This document shows positions 30,494 to 39,198 of a stretch of 64,000 nucleotides of DNA, in pieces. A program made the position numbers and the translations under genes. The notes below the pieces were generated by a model that was not told where the DNA came from, ran no database searches, and saw only the letters and a program-made list of their open reading frames with translations. Positions within the stretch are counted from its first letter, which is position 1. Each line of letters opens with the position of its first letter. This stretch comes from Abditibacteriaceae bacterium (lineage in GTDB: Bacteria; Armatimonadota; Abditibacteriia; Abditibacteriales; Abditibacteriaceae): assembly GCA_965277285.1 (NCBI GenBank), contig OZ255721.1, positions 704,001 to 768,000 of the forward strand, in the 5' to 3' direction.

Positions 30494-31144
30494 TTAAGGG
30501 TTCTGCTTGTACCTTGTCGTCGAGGCAGCATTCTCGATATCTGTTTTAAATGCTCTTAAAAGATAAATTACTTGGTCGGCGAGATCACGACACTCATCAG
30601 CACCAAGATCCAAATACTCACCATGTGCGATATTGTTTCGTCGCTTTACTAAGCTCTCGTCTATGAAATTATATCTAGTCTCATAATTCTGCGTATCAAT
30701 GCCGATAGAGCGAGCAATGTTATCAAAAACAGGCGACTTCAAATTCGATTCTGTATCGATAGCCGAACTCATTTTAAGCTGTGCCCGCGTTCCTAATTGA
30801 GAGCGCAAGAAGTCAGTGGTCTCAATATTGAGTTTAGATTTTCTGGACTCGGCAACATCGTGTAGATATTTCTTCAAACCAAATACAACAAAGCAAGTTG
30901 ATAATTTCTCGTATCGGTGGCCTTGGCAATTAACAAAATTTATATAGCCAAGGGCTGAGTTTTTTACAAACCCTTCCCAATGTGCATAAACAAGTGGCAC
31001 CGATGCACGAATTACTGTGTTTTGAGAAAGCGAGTTGCTTCTTCTCACTGCGGCTTTCAGATCGGCTATCTCCTTCAAACGCCAAGCAAACTCAGCATCG
31101 AGATAGTCTTGCAGTTGTGTGAGAGTTCGCAGATGTTCGCTCAT
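30494..31144 (-). CDS. HEPN-like nuclease (MAE_28990/MAE_18760 family)
   Basis: WRLKEI, YAHWEGFVK, DTESNL, RNNIAH (RxxxxH). Confidence 0.88.
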   Translation of the reverse strand: MSEHLRTLTQLQDYLDAEFAWRLKEIADLKAAVRRSNSLSQNTVIRASVPLVYAHWEGFVKNSALGYINFVNCQGHRYEKLSTCFVVFGLKKYLHDVAESRKSKLNIETTDFLRSQLGTRAQLKMSSAIDTESNLKSPVFDNIARSIGIDTQNYETRYNFIDESLVKRRNNIAHGEYLDLGADECRDLADQVIYLLRAFKTDIENAASTTRYKQNP

Positions 31145-32247
31145 AGATGAAAGAAGTCATTAGCTAACGGCAAAAGATTAGAAAGCCGGGTCGTGCCGCG
31201 GATACCAGCTCCAGAATTCTTCTGAAAGATTGGATCTCCCCAAAGGGATTTGGCTTTTTCTGTCACGAAGCTCACTTGTTCTCCCTCTGGCAATTTCTCG
31301 ATCTCATTTATTCGCTTGGATACACCGATTGCTACTACCTCGAAGACTGATAACAGAAATTTACCTGAAAACCTTGTGCCATCCCACTTCTTAAATACAT
31401 CTTCTCCTAATGCCTTATCAAGCAAAGAAAAAGTCTTTTGAAATGTTTGTTCCTCTTGCTCTAAATCGACCTTGCCTTCGCTGGCGAGAGCAACGAGAGC
31501 TTTATCAAGATACTGATGAACATCTAAGCTTCTCTGGTACGGAATATGGCGGAAGGCCAAAAACCGAATTACCAGTTCGATCATCATCTGTCTTTTTTGG
31601 GCGTCTTCAGTCTGTCTGGTTGTTGTCAGAAAATGCGGATCTTCAGACAATCGAACAGTCCAGTCATGAAACGGCCTGTTCAACATGATTGCAATACAGT
31701 TTCTAACTTCTTGCTCGGATAAGTTAGCACCACCTGTGTTGAGACGTTGGAATAACTCGTACTTGGCTTGGGAGTGACTCTCCTTTTTTAGGATCTCAAC
31801 TCGAATTCGTGCTCTCTTTATCTGAAGCTGTAGAGTTTTTCCTATGCCGTCATCAGCATCAGGCCCAGATGATTCCCATCGTTTGTCTGCTAAGCTAGGA
31901 AGATACTCGGTGCCTTCGAGCAAAAAGGCATCAGCCTTTCGCCCATCTGGTAAGCGAAGCATCGAGGCAAACTCAAATACCGTAGATAGGCGCTGAAGAC
32001 CATCAACCAGTTCCCAAATACCGTCTTCATTCTGAAATACGAAAATTGGAGGTATTGGTATGCCTAAGAGAAGGGATTCAATGAAGCGCGTTTTTCTTGA
32101 TATATCCCATCGAAATAATCTCTGAAACGCAGGGTCGATTATCAACTCTCTTTCTTGATAAAGGTTCATTACCTCACCGAAGGACATTTCATAACCATCA
32201 GAAACTATTTCTTTTCGGGCTTTAGCAAGCTCATCTTCTAGAGGCAT
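31141..32247 (-). CDS. DUF262 (GmrSD N-terminal / ParB-like) domain protein
   Basis: PAFQRLFRW, FIESLLLGIPIP, VDGLQRLST, FQRLNTGG; AGGAG RBS; 4-bp overlap with the HEPN gene. Confidence 0.92.
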   Translation of the reverse strand: MPLEDELAKARKEIVSDGYEMSFGEVMNLYQERELIIDPAFQRLFRWDISRKTRFIESLLLGIPIPPIFVFQNEDGIWELVDGLQRLSTVFEFASMLRLPDGRKADAFLLEGTEYLPSLADKRWESSGPDADDGIGKTLQLQIKRARIRVEILKKESHSQAKYELFQRLNTGGANLSEQEVRNCIAIMLNRPFHDWTVRLSEDPHFLTTTRQTEDAQKRQMMIELVIRFLAFRHIPYQRSLDVHQYLDKALVALASEGKVDLEQEEQTFQKTFSLLDKALGEDVFKKWDGTRFSGKFLLSVFEVVAIGVSKRINEIEKLPEGEQVSFVTEKAKSLWGDPIFQKNSGAGIRGTTRLSNLLPLANDFFHL

Positions 32248-32630
32248 ATGGTGATTCTCCTGAGCCGTTTTGCCATAGTGTTTCATTTGTCCGATAAAGC
32301 GAAAAACTCACTCCTACATTTTAGCAGAATTTGAGCAATTGCCGACGTGTTGCTTCACTTCAAGACCTACCGCATACCATCAAGTCGCTCGCAAGCGAGC
32401 TAACTCGTGATTCTACCGCAACTTGTGCCTTTTCTTACCTTATTAATCTTAAACTTATAGAATTGAGTTATTAATGGCGGTCGTTATGCATCTTATGCCA
32501 CATTTTTTCTGGCGGTATAATGCCGATTAAAGAGAGTTCTACCGCAATGGAATCACTAACCTCTCTGTTCATTCCGTGACGAAGTGTTATCGCGTACTCG
32601 ATATGCCAAATCAACGCATATTTCGCTAAC

Positions 32631-34499
32631 TCACGTTCCGCGATGGTAAATCCACCATTCCAGACCTAAGAGCGCGAGAGCGGCGAGGACGAACCAACTC
32701 CACAGTTCGCGGTTGGCCAGAGGATGGTTTTCGCCGCCGACGCTTTTGCCGTTGCTGACGGGAAGCGCGTCGCGCGGCTGCAAGTCGCTTTCCTGCGCGC
32801 TCAGCAAGCTGACGGCGAAGCGGTTTGTCCATTGAGCGTCGTCGCTTTGTGCCGTATAAACGCCGACGCGATCCGCGCCTGAAAATTGTGGCGCCGCCTG
32901 ATCGTTGCTGTCGCCATTGTCGGCAATTGCGAGCGTTTGTTTGCTGTTGTCCGGCGTTGTAATCGAAATGTTGCGCACGGTTTTTGGCACGTCGAGTGGA
33001 ATCGGTTGACCAGCGCGCAGGGTTTGTGTATCGCCCAGGCCGTTGGCGCCCGACAGCCAGCGCACGGCGTTGGTGATGAAAATCGGGAAGGCGACACGCA
33101 AAGGCAAATCGGTTTGCGCCAGGTCGAAGCCGCACCACACGACGCGATGCGCGCCACGTTGACCGGCCACAATCAAAGGTGTGCGTTCAGAATCAACCAA
33201 CGTTTGCGCCCACGGTTTGATGGTGACGGCGAGAGCTTGCGCGAAACGCACGTCGCTCCACGGCGCGAACTGCGTGACAGGATTTTTCTTGTCCCAATCG
33301 ACAACCGTTGGCGACGGCGCGACGCCGTTTTTCGTCACTGGCGAATTGGCATCCACCGCGCCGAAAATCAATTGATTGGTCTGGTTTTCGTCCGGCGGAA
33401 TTTGGCCGTCGCACACCACGACATCGAAGTCGCTTTTGGCGCGCGCACTGGCGTAACGGGCGAGGTTGGTCTCAAACAATTTCACTTCGGGATTGATGTT
33501 GAGCGCGCGCTCTAAGAAAAGATTGCCGTCGCTGACCAACAATACGCGGAGGGCACGTTGCGGCGCGATTTGCGTCCACGCGATGTTGTCGGATTTCAGG
33601 TCATCGTCCGCATCGAAGCGCACGCTCCACAAGCCCGGGCCGATATTCAAATCGTCGAAAAGCTGCGATTGTTGATCCTTCGCCCCAATCGTCAAAGGTC
33701 GCACGGCGACAACGTTTCCGTCGCGCGACAGTTCGAGGTTGACGGTTTGTTCGCGGTCGGAAAAGTTGCGCACGGTCGCAAAAATTTGATATTGGCTGCC
33801 CTGCGAATAGCCGCGTCGCGCGTCCAAAGCCGTGATCGCCAGATTGTTGTTGCGGTTGCCGATCTTGACGAATTGCAAGCCGCTCGAACCAGTTGCGACA
33901 TCTTGCAAAGCGGGCACGGAACCATCGCTGAGAACGTAAATTTGCGCGCCCTTTTTGTTCTGCAGAAGCGACGAAGCGAGTTGGATCGCGTCGCCCAGAT
34001 TGTTCGGTGTGTCTCCGGCGCGTGCCAGATTGATGGCGCGTTTGAGCGCGTTTTTGTCGGTTGTCGGCGAAGCTAAAACGCGCGTTTGCGCTCCCGCAGA
34101 AATGATCGTCGCCGAATCGCCAGCAGAAAGCGCGCTCACCAGTTTCAAGGCTTCGTTCTGCGCATGTGCGAAACGACTGGGCGCGACATCGGTCGCCTGC
34201 ATCGAAGCCGAGGCATCCAAAATGATCGCCATATTTTGCCCGCCGATTCCCAGTACGCGCATCGCGGGACGCACCAGAGCGAGGACGCACAGCGCGATAA
34301 AAGCGATTTGCAGCCACATCAACAAACTTGAGCGCAGTTTTTGCCAGGGCGAGTTCGCCTGCAAATCGCGCAAAGCCGTCGGCCACAGCATGGTTGACGA
34401 GATGATGCGCTCGCGGCGCTTCAGTCGCAAAACGTAAAGCAGCAAAATGACGCCGATGAGAGCGGCGTACACAAAATTAAAAGGCGCGAGAATGTTCAT
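32631..34499 (-). CDS. BatA-N + von Willebrand factor A domain protein
   Basis: LLYVLRLKRRE..ISSTMLW, LALVRP, MIDAS ILDASASM, VLSDG, C-terminal TM + LEWW. Confidence 0.88.
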   Translation of the reverse strand: MNILAPFNFVYAALIGVILLLYVLRLKRRERIISSTMLWPTALRDLQANSPWQKLRSSLLMWLQIAFIALCVLALVRPAMRVLGIGGQNMAIILDASASMQATDVAPSRFAHAQNEALKLVSALSAGDSATIISAGAQTRVLASPTTDKNALKRAINLARAGDTPNNLGDAIQLASSLLQNKKGAQIYVLSDGSVPALQDVATGSSGLQFVKIGNRNNNLAITALDARRGYSQGSQYQIFATVRNFSDREQTVNLELSRDGNVVAVRPLTIGAKDQQSQLFDDLNIGPGLWSVRFDADDDLKSDNIAWTQIAPQRALRVLLVSDGNLFLERALNINPEVKLFETNLARYASARAKSDFDVVVCDGQIPPDENQTNQLIFGAVDANSPVTKNGVAPSPTVVDWDKKNPVTQFAPWSDVRFAQALAVTIKPWAQTLVDSERTPLIVAGQRGAHRVVWCGFDLAQTDLPLRVAFPIFITNAVRWLSGANGLGDTQTLRAGQPIPLDVPKTVRNISITTPDNSKQTLAIADNGDSNDQAAPQFSGADRVGVYTAQSDDAQWTNRFAVSLLSAQESDLQPRDALPVSNGKSVGGENHPLANRELWSWFVLAALALLGLEWWIYHRGT

Positions 34500-35062
34500 T
34501 CGAGTACTCGATTGCGCAGTTTCCACGCGGAACGTAGGATTCCATAACAAACCATGTCGTGACGTTCGCCGTAGCGCAAAATATGTTCGCGCAAAACGCC
34601 TTCGTGCGTCATGCCGTTTTTTTGCATGACGCATCCCGATGCTGGATTGCAGCCCAGATGACGCGCATAAATTTTGTGCAGATTGCAGTTTGAAAAACCG
34701 TAATCAAGAATTATGCTTGCGGCTTCGCTGCAAATTCCCTGGTTCCAGAACGGCACGCCGATCCAATAACCAATTTCCGCGATGTTGTTCGCCTTATCGA
34801 AACCTAAACTGATGCAGCCGCACAATTCCTGCGTGGCGCGCAAAACGATGGCAAAGTTGTGGATTCGGTTGGAAGCGAAGTTTTCGACGTGCGTGGCGAT
34901 CCAGCTTTCCGCCATGCCGTCTTCGTAAGGATGCGGAACGGTCAACGTCATGCGCGCGATATTCCATTCGCCCGCCAAACGCTGCACAGCGTTGGCGTTT
35001 TGCATATGAAAAGAACGCAAGATCAAACGTTGCGTTTCCAATGTTGGTTGCGAAGTGTTCAT
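34496..35062 (-). CDS. GNAT N-acetyltransferase (RimJ/RimL type)
   Basis: LETQRLILR, AEIGYWIG..FWNQG, NPASG.VMQKNGM..EG. Confidence 0.9.
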   Translation of the reverse strand: MNTSQPTLETQRLILRSFHMQNANAVQRLAGEWNIARMTLTVPHPYEDGMAESWIATHVENFASNRIHNFAIVLRATQELCGCISLGFDKANNIAEIGYWIGVPFWNQGICSEAASIILDYGFSNCNLHKIYARHLGCNPASGCVMQKNGMTHEGVLREHILRYGERHDMVCYGILRSAWKLRNRVLE

Positions 35063-35090
35063 AGCGATTCGAGTACTCGATAGTTGGGTT

Positions 35091-36368
35091 TTACGCGGTT
35101 GACAAGTCGGGTTCGACCAAAAGCGCAGCGGAATTTTCGCGTGACAGACGCCGTGTTTCACCAATGAAAAGTACAACAATTGACACCCAGCACAACATTT
35201 CCAGTAAAACCATGACCTTGGTAAGGAAGGGCGGCGGCCAGGATTCAACAGGATATTTAGTCCAGACGAGAGCATAATTTAACGAAACATAAAGCCCGCT
35301 CACGATATAGAATATTGTCGCAGCTGACATCTGCAATGCCACGACCAACGGCGCCAGCCACACCAGATATTGAATGCCAAAGGCGGGCGTCAAAACCATA
35401 AACAGCAACATTAGCATGGTGCACTGCTGAAACAAATCAGGTTTGCGGCGTAAGCGGTTCATCCAAATCGTGTTTAAAAGCAGCGACGATAGCAACAAGA
35501 AGCGGCCATTATGCATGAACAAAAAGTCAATGATTCCCCATTCGGGAGGCAAAAGCCGGAGCCAGCGCGAAATTCCCCAGGTACCATAAAGTCCGTTGTA
35601 GCCGAAAGCGCGATGCCAAATAAAAATCGGGTTCTGGAAAAAATAAGGCCACCCAGCGCAAAAGATAGTCGCCGCAACCACTATCGAGTACTCGAGACGT
35701 CGTCGCGGCTCGTTCAAGAACAGCAGGAAAAGAGGCACGAAAATGAGAGGCATCAACTTAATGTTCAAGCTCATGCCAAACGCTAGGCCAACCATCCAAG
35801 CCGCCTGCCTGCGCTGCAAAAACAACAGCGACAGCAAGAGTAAAAACATCATAATCGAATCGGTGTTGCCGTGAAATCCTGACACCCAGATTGTCACCGG
35901 CGCACCGATATAAAGCAGATAAGCCCACTGGGAAGTGATTTGATGTTCCGCGACAGCGCGCTCTTCGATGATTTTCCATAACACCAACGTGCTTCCGACA
36001 TCGGCAGCAACCGACGCCAGGCGCAAGCAAAACGCGAAAGGCCATGCTGTTAGATCTGAGAAAAAGCGGATGCCACGCGTGAAATACAGCATGAACGGCA
36101 AGTAGTTGAACGCTGCATTGGTCGCCAAAGAACTGTGATAAAGGCTCCAGCCTCCGCGCCTCAGGATAACATCGCTGAAATTTTTGTAGGTGCCGACATC
36201 CTGCGTTCCTGGCGAAGCCCACGCGAGGTAAAGTTTCAAGAGTAAAGCTATAAATCCAACCATCACAAGACGCTGTTTCCAGCGCTGCGAAAACACTTCA
36301 GCTAATGCATCACCCTTGGCTTGATGTGCAGCTTTCATGATTGGGTATTTCATCTTTACTGGATTCAT
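35091..36368 (-). CDS. GT-C membrane glycosyltransferase (GT87-like)
   Basis: GTQDV, FNYLP, HGNTD, IKLMP, FGIQYLVW; many TM helices. Confidence 0.75.
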   Translation of the reverse strand: MNPVKMKYPIMKAAHQAKGDALAEVFSQRWKQRLVMVGFIALLLKLYLAWASPGTQDVGTYKNFSDVILRRGGWSLYHSSLATNAAFNYLPFMLYFTRGIRFFSDLTAWPFAFCLRLASVAADVGSTLVLWKIIEERAVAEHQITSQWAYLLYIGAPVTIWVSGFHGNTDSIMMFLLLLSLLFLQRRQAAWMVGLAFGMSLNIKLMPLIFVPLFLLFLNEPRRRLEYSIVVAATIFCAGWPYFFQNPIFIWHRAFGYNGLYGTWGISRWLRLLPPEWGIIDFLFMHNGRFLLLSSLLLNTIWMNRLRRKPDLFQQCTMLMLLFMVLTPAFGIQYLVWLAPLVVALQMSAATIFYIVSGLYVSLNYALVWTKYPVESWPPPFLTKVMVLLEMLCWVSIVVLFIGETRRLSRENSAALLVEPDLSTA

Positions 36369-37240
36369 TGCACCAAGCCTGAGCCACGCAACAATCGCAA
36401 AACTGTGGTTTCGACCGGAACATCGTTGGAAACCTGAACGTAGTTCATGCCCAATTTGAGGCAAAAGGCGCGTAAATCGGCGCAATGCGCATCAATATTG
36501 GTTTTGTAAGTGCGTCGCAAACTGTCGCTCACCGTGACTTCGCGGATGCGGCTGCGGTTTTCCACGTCCACCAATTTCAAGTCGCCAACGAGTACTGGAT
36601 GGAGTTCTTCGCGGTCTAAAACTTGAATCGCCGTCACGTCAAAACCACGAGCCGCGAGCGTTTTAAGCCCGTTTTCGTAACCTTGCGGCAGCAGGAAATC
36701 GGACAATACAACGGCAATGCCGCCGCGACGCGCCTGCAGCGCCACGCTTTTGGTGGCGGCTGTCAAATCGGCTTCGCCAGCCGCGATTTGAGCTTCCAGA
36801 AAATTGAATAATCGCGGTGGCGCACCACGTCCGCGCGACGGCGGAAACCAGGCGCGCACGTTGCCATCGAAAACCGCCGCACTCACGCGGTCGAACGCCG
36901 TTAGGCCAATATAACCCAGAGCGCCCGCGATTTGTTCAGCCAAAAGTAGTTTGGTTGGCGTGCCAAAACTCATGGAAAGGCTGGCATCCAGCAACAACGT
37001 GATGTCCAAGTCTTCTTCTTCCAAAAACTGTTTGAGATAAAGTTTCTCGAAGCGTCCGTAAGCGTTCCAATCGATGCGGCGAAGGTCGTCGCCCAGGTTG
37101 TAAGGGCGAAAATCGGCGAACTCGACGGAGGCGCCGCGCTTTTGCGAACGTTTTTCGCCGCGCGCCGAACCGCTGAACATGCGGCGCGAATGCAGCGCAA
37201 GAGCATCCAATTGACGAAGAAAAGGGGGCGAAAGCAGCAT
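36365..37240 (-). CDS. DUF58 domain protein (MoxR partner)
   Basis: GASVEFADFRPYNLGDDLRRIDWN, LLDASLSM, VVLSDF. Confidence 0.93.
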   Translation of the reverse strand: MLLSPPFLRQLDALALHSRRMFSGSARGEKRSQKRGASVEFADFRPYNLGDDLRRIDWNAYGRFEKLYLKQFLEEEDLDITLLLDASLSMSFGTPTKLLLAEQIAGALGYIGLTAFDRVSAAVFDGNVRAWFPPSRGRGAPPRLFNFLEAQIAAGEADLTAATKSVALQARRGGIAVVLSDFLLPQGYENGLKTLAARGFDVTAIQVLDREELHPVLVGDLKLVDVENRSRIREVTVSDSLRRTYKTNIDAHCADLRAFCLKLGMNYVQVSNDVPVETTVLRLLRGSGLVQ

Positions 37241-37561
37241 AAAGAAACGCCAAGAAAGTGCGACAGGAGCGCGGCGGCAGCAGACCTTGCAGGAAACCTT
37301 ACGAGACAACTGTAACAATTATACGGCTTGCGCGCTCTTGAGTTGGGGCGCACGTTTCTCGCGCGTTTTATGAGCAGTGAAAAGAAGGTTGAAAAGCCAT
37401 GGAAAAGTTGTCCCTGATGGCTTGCGTCACGCCTGCGAAATGTGCTATATTTAACGTCCGTTGCCCACGAGTTCGCCGTTTCGAGTTGTTTTTGCGACTT
37501 TTGCAAATCGAGTACTCGAATGTTCGGGCGAACCTTTTGTTGGCTTGTTGTCGTTGTGCAT

Positions 37562-37633
37562 GGCGCTATCGTCTATCGGTTAGGACACGGCCCTTTCAAG
37601 GCTGAAAGACGGGTTCGACTCCCGTTAGCGCTA
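37562..37633 (+). tRNA. tRNA-Glu(TTC)
   Basis: GGCGCTA...CGGCC-CTTTCAA-GGCTG...GGTTCGACTCC...TAGCGCTA; CCA not encoded. Confidence 0.95.
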
Positions 37634-37766
37634 TTTTTCCGTCGTAATTTTTGTATTGGCCGTTCTTTGATCTAAGCTTCGGTTTGCTGTGAAGCGCGAG
37701 TCAAAGCCTTCCGCAGGGCCAATTTTGTATTGCCGGCCTTGCTTTTTTGAAACCTTCAGGTGATTC

Positions 37767-38798
37767 ATGCAAGCGCTTCGTCCCGGCGACATTCTCATTG
37801 TAGATTCCGACCCCGAATTTTTGTCTATTGCCTGCGATGTCCTGATACAACAGGGACACATGGTAATGACGTGTCAGACAGGACGCGAAGCACGTCGCCA
37901 TTTGGAGCGCGTGCCTTACGACATCGTGATTTGCGGCTGGCGCTTGGAAGATGAAGAAGGTTCGGAACTTTGCGAGTTCATCAAGACCAATCCCGACCTG
38001 CCTAATATCGCGGTCGCTTTGTTAGTCGATGATGCCGCCGATGATTTGTGGCTGGCCAATGTTTTCGCGGCGGGTGGCGGCAAGGATCGTAGCGGCACGC
38101 CGGACGATCTCATTCTTAAAACCGCGAGTAGCCGCGAAGTCGGCGTGCGCGTGCAAAGCCTCTTACAAATGCGCCGCTATCGCCAGGAAATCGGCAACGC
38201 TCTCGAAACCATCATGGCGATGGCCGAAGGCATCGAAGAACAAGATCGTCGGGCGCGCGGACATTGTAAGCGCTTGGCCGTGATGACGATTGAACTGGGT
38301 GCGGTTCTCGGTTGCGACGATTGGGAACTGACGGCTTTGGAGCGTGCCGCCTATTTGCACGACATCGGAAAAATCGCCATTCCAGGCGCAATTATTTCCA
38401 AAACCGAAGCGCTCACGCCGCGCGAAATGGACATCATCAAAAGCCATGTCGTATTGGGCGAAAAGTTGTGCGAGCCGGTTGCGGGATTGAAGCCGGTCTT
38501 GCCGATTATTCGCCATCACCACGAGCGTGCCAATGGCACGGGTTATCCCGACGGTTTGCGCGGCGAATTTATTCCGGTTCTGGCGCAGATTTTTTCGATT
38601 CCCGATATTTACGACGCGTTGCGGATGTGGCGGCCTTTTCGTACGCCGATGAGCCAGGCGCAGGCGATTGAAGTGATGCGCCAGGAAGTCGCGCAAGGTT
38701 TCTGGAATCGCCACATTTTTGAAAGTTTCACCACGAAAGTGTTGCCTGGTCTGGAAGATAGACTGGACTCGATTCATGCGCTGTGGCCGTCAGTTTAG
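37767..38798 (+). CDS. REC-like + HD-GYP c-di-GMP phosphodiesterase (RpfG type)
   Basis: LHDIGK, HHERANGTGYPDGL, DIYDAL..RP. Confidence 0.9.
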   Translation: MQALRPGDILIVDSDPEFLSIACDVLIQQGHMVMTCQTGREARRHLERVPYDIVICGWRLEDEEGSELCEFIKTNPDLPNIAVALLVDDAADDLWLANVFAAGGGKDRSGTPDDLILKTASSREVGVRVQSLLQMRRYRQEIGNALETIMAMAEGIEEQDRRARGHCKRLAVMTIELGAVLGCDDWELTALERAAYLHDIGKIAIPGAIISKTEALTPREMDIIKSHVVLGEKLCEPVAGLKPVLPIIRHHHERANGTGYPDGLRGEFIPVLAQIFSIPDIYDALRMWRPFRTPMSQAQAIEVMRQEVAQGFWNRHIFESFTTKVLPGLEDRLDSIHALWPSV

Positions 38799-38810
38799 AA
38801 TTGTTTGTTG

Positions 38811-38854
38811 AACGCCATCGAGTACTCGAAGTGAGTATTCGATGGCGTTTTTTT
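38811..38854 (+). terminator. Intrinsic terminator whose stem is built from HIP copies
   Basis: aacgccatcgagtactc-gaagt-gagtattcgatggcgtt followed by a T run. Confidence 0.75.
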
Positions 38855-39042
38855 AAGTTCTGTTAAGAAGAATTGATCGTTGTTCGGAAGTTTGCAAGTT
38901 GTCATTGTAAACGGGTGTCAACAAAGTTCGGGCCGGGCGTAAAAGAAAGGGTATGGCTTAAATGGTGAATTTTGCAGACAAATTCGCATTGATTGGCACT
39001 TCAACGAACCCGGGTGCCATTACCAAAGAAGGAATGTGTCGC

Positions 39043-39097
39043 GCGCGAAGCGAGAAACCTTAATGGTGCGCAAAGCCGAAGGTTTCTCACTTCGCGC
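39043..39097. repeat. Intergenic inverted repeat (19-bp arms)
   Basis: gcgcgaagcgagaaacctt ... aaggtttctcacttcgcgc. Confidence 0.6.
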
Positions 39098-39198
39098 AAT
39101 AAGAATACGATGCCGCTCTTCTTCATTGTCCACATTTGATTTGTGGCCTCGCGTGGTGATGCGACGAGCTTTTGTCTTAGTTTGCGATTTCATTTTTC

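Noticed and set aside
39043..39097. c-di-GMP-I riboswitch (GCAAAGCC seen near the HD-GYP gene)
   Set aside because: Lacks the GGCAAAC/GNRA-tetraloop architecture; a simple inverted repeat explains it. An Rfam scan would settle it
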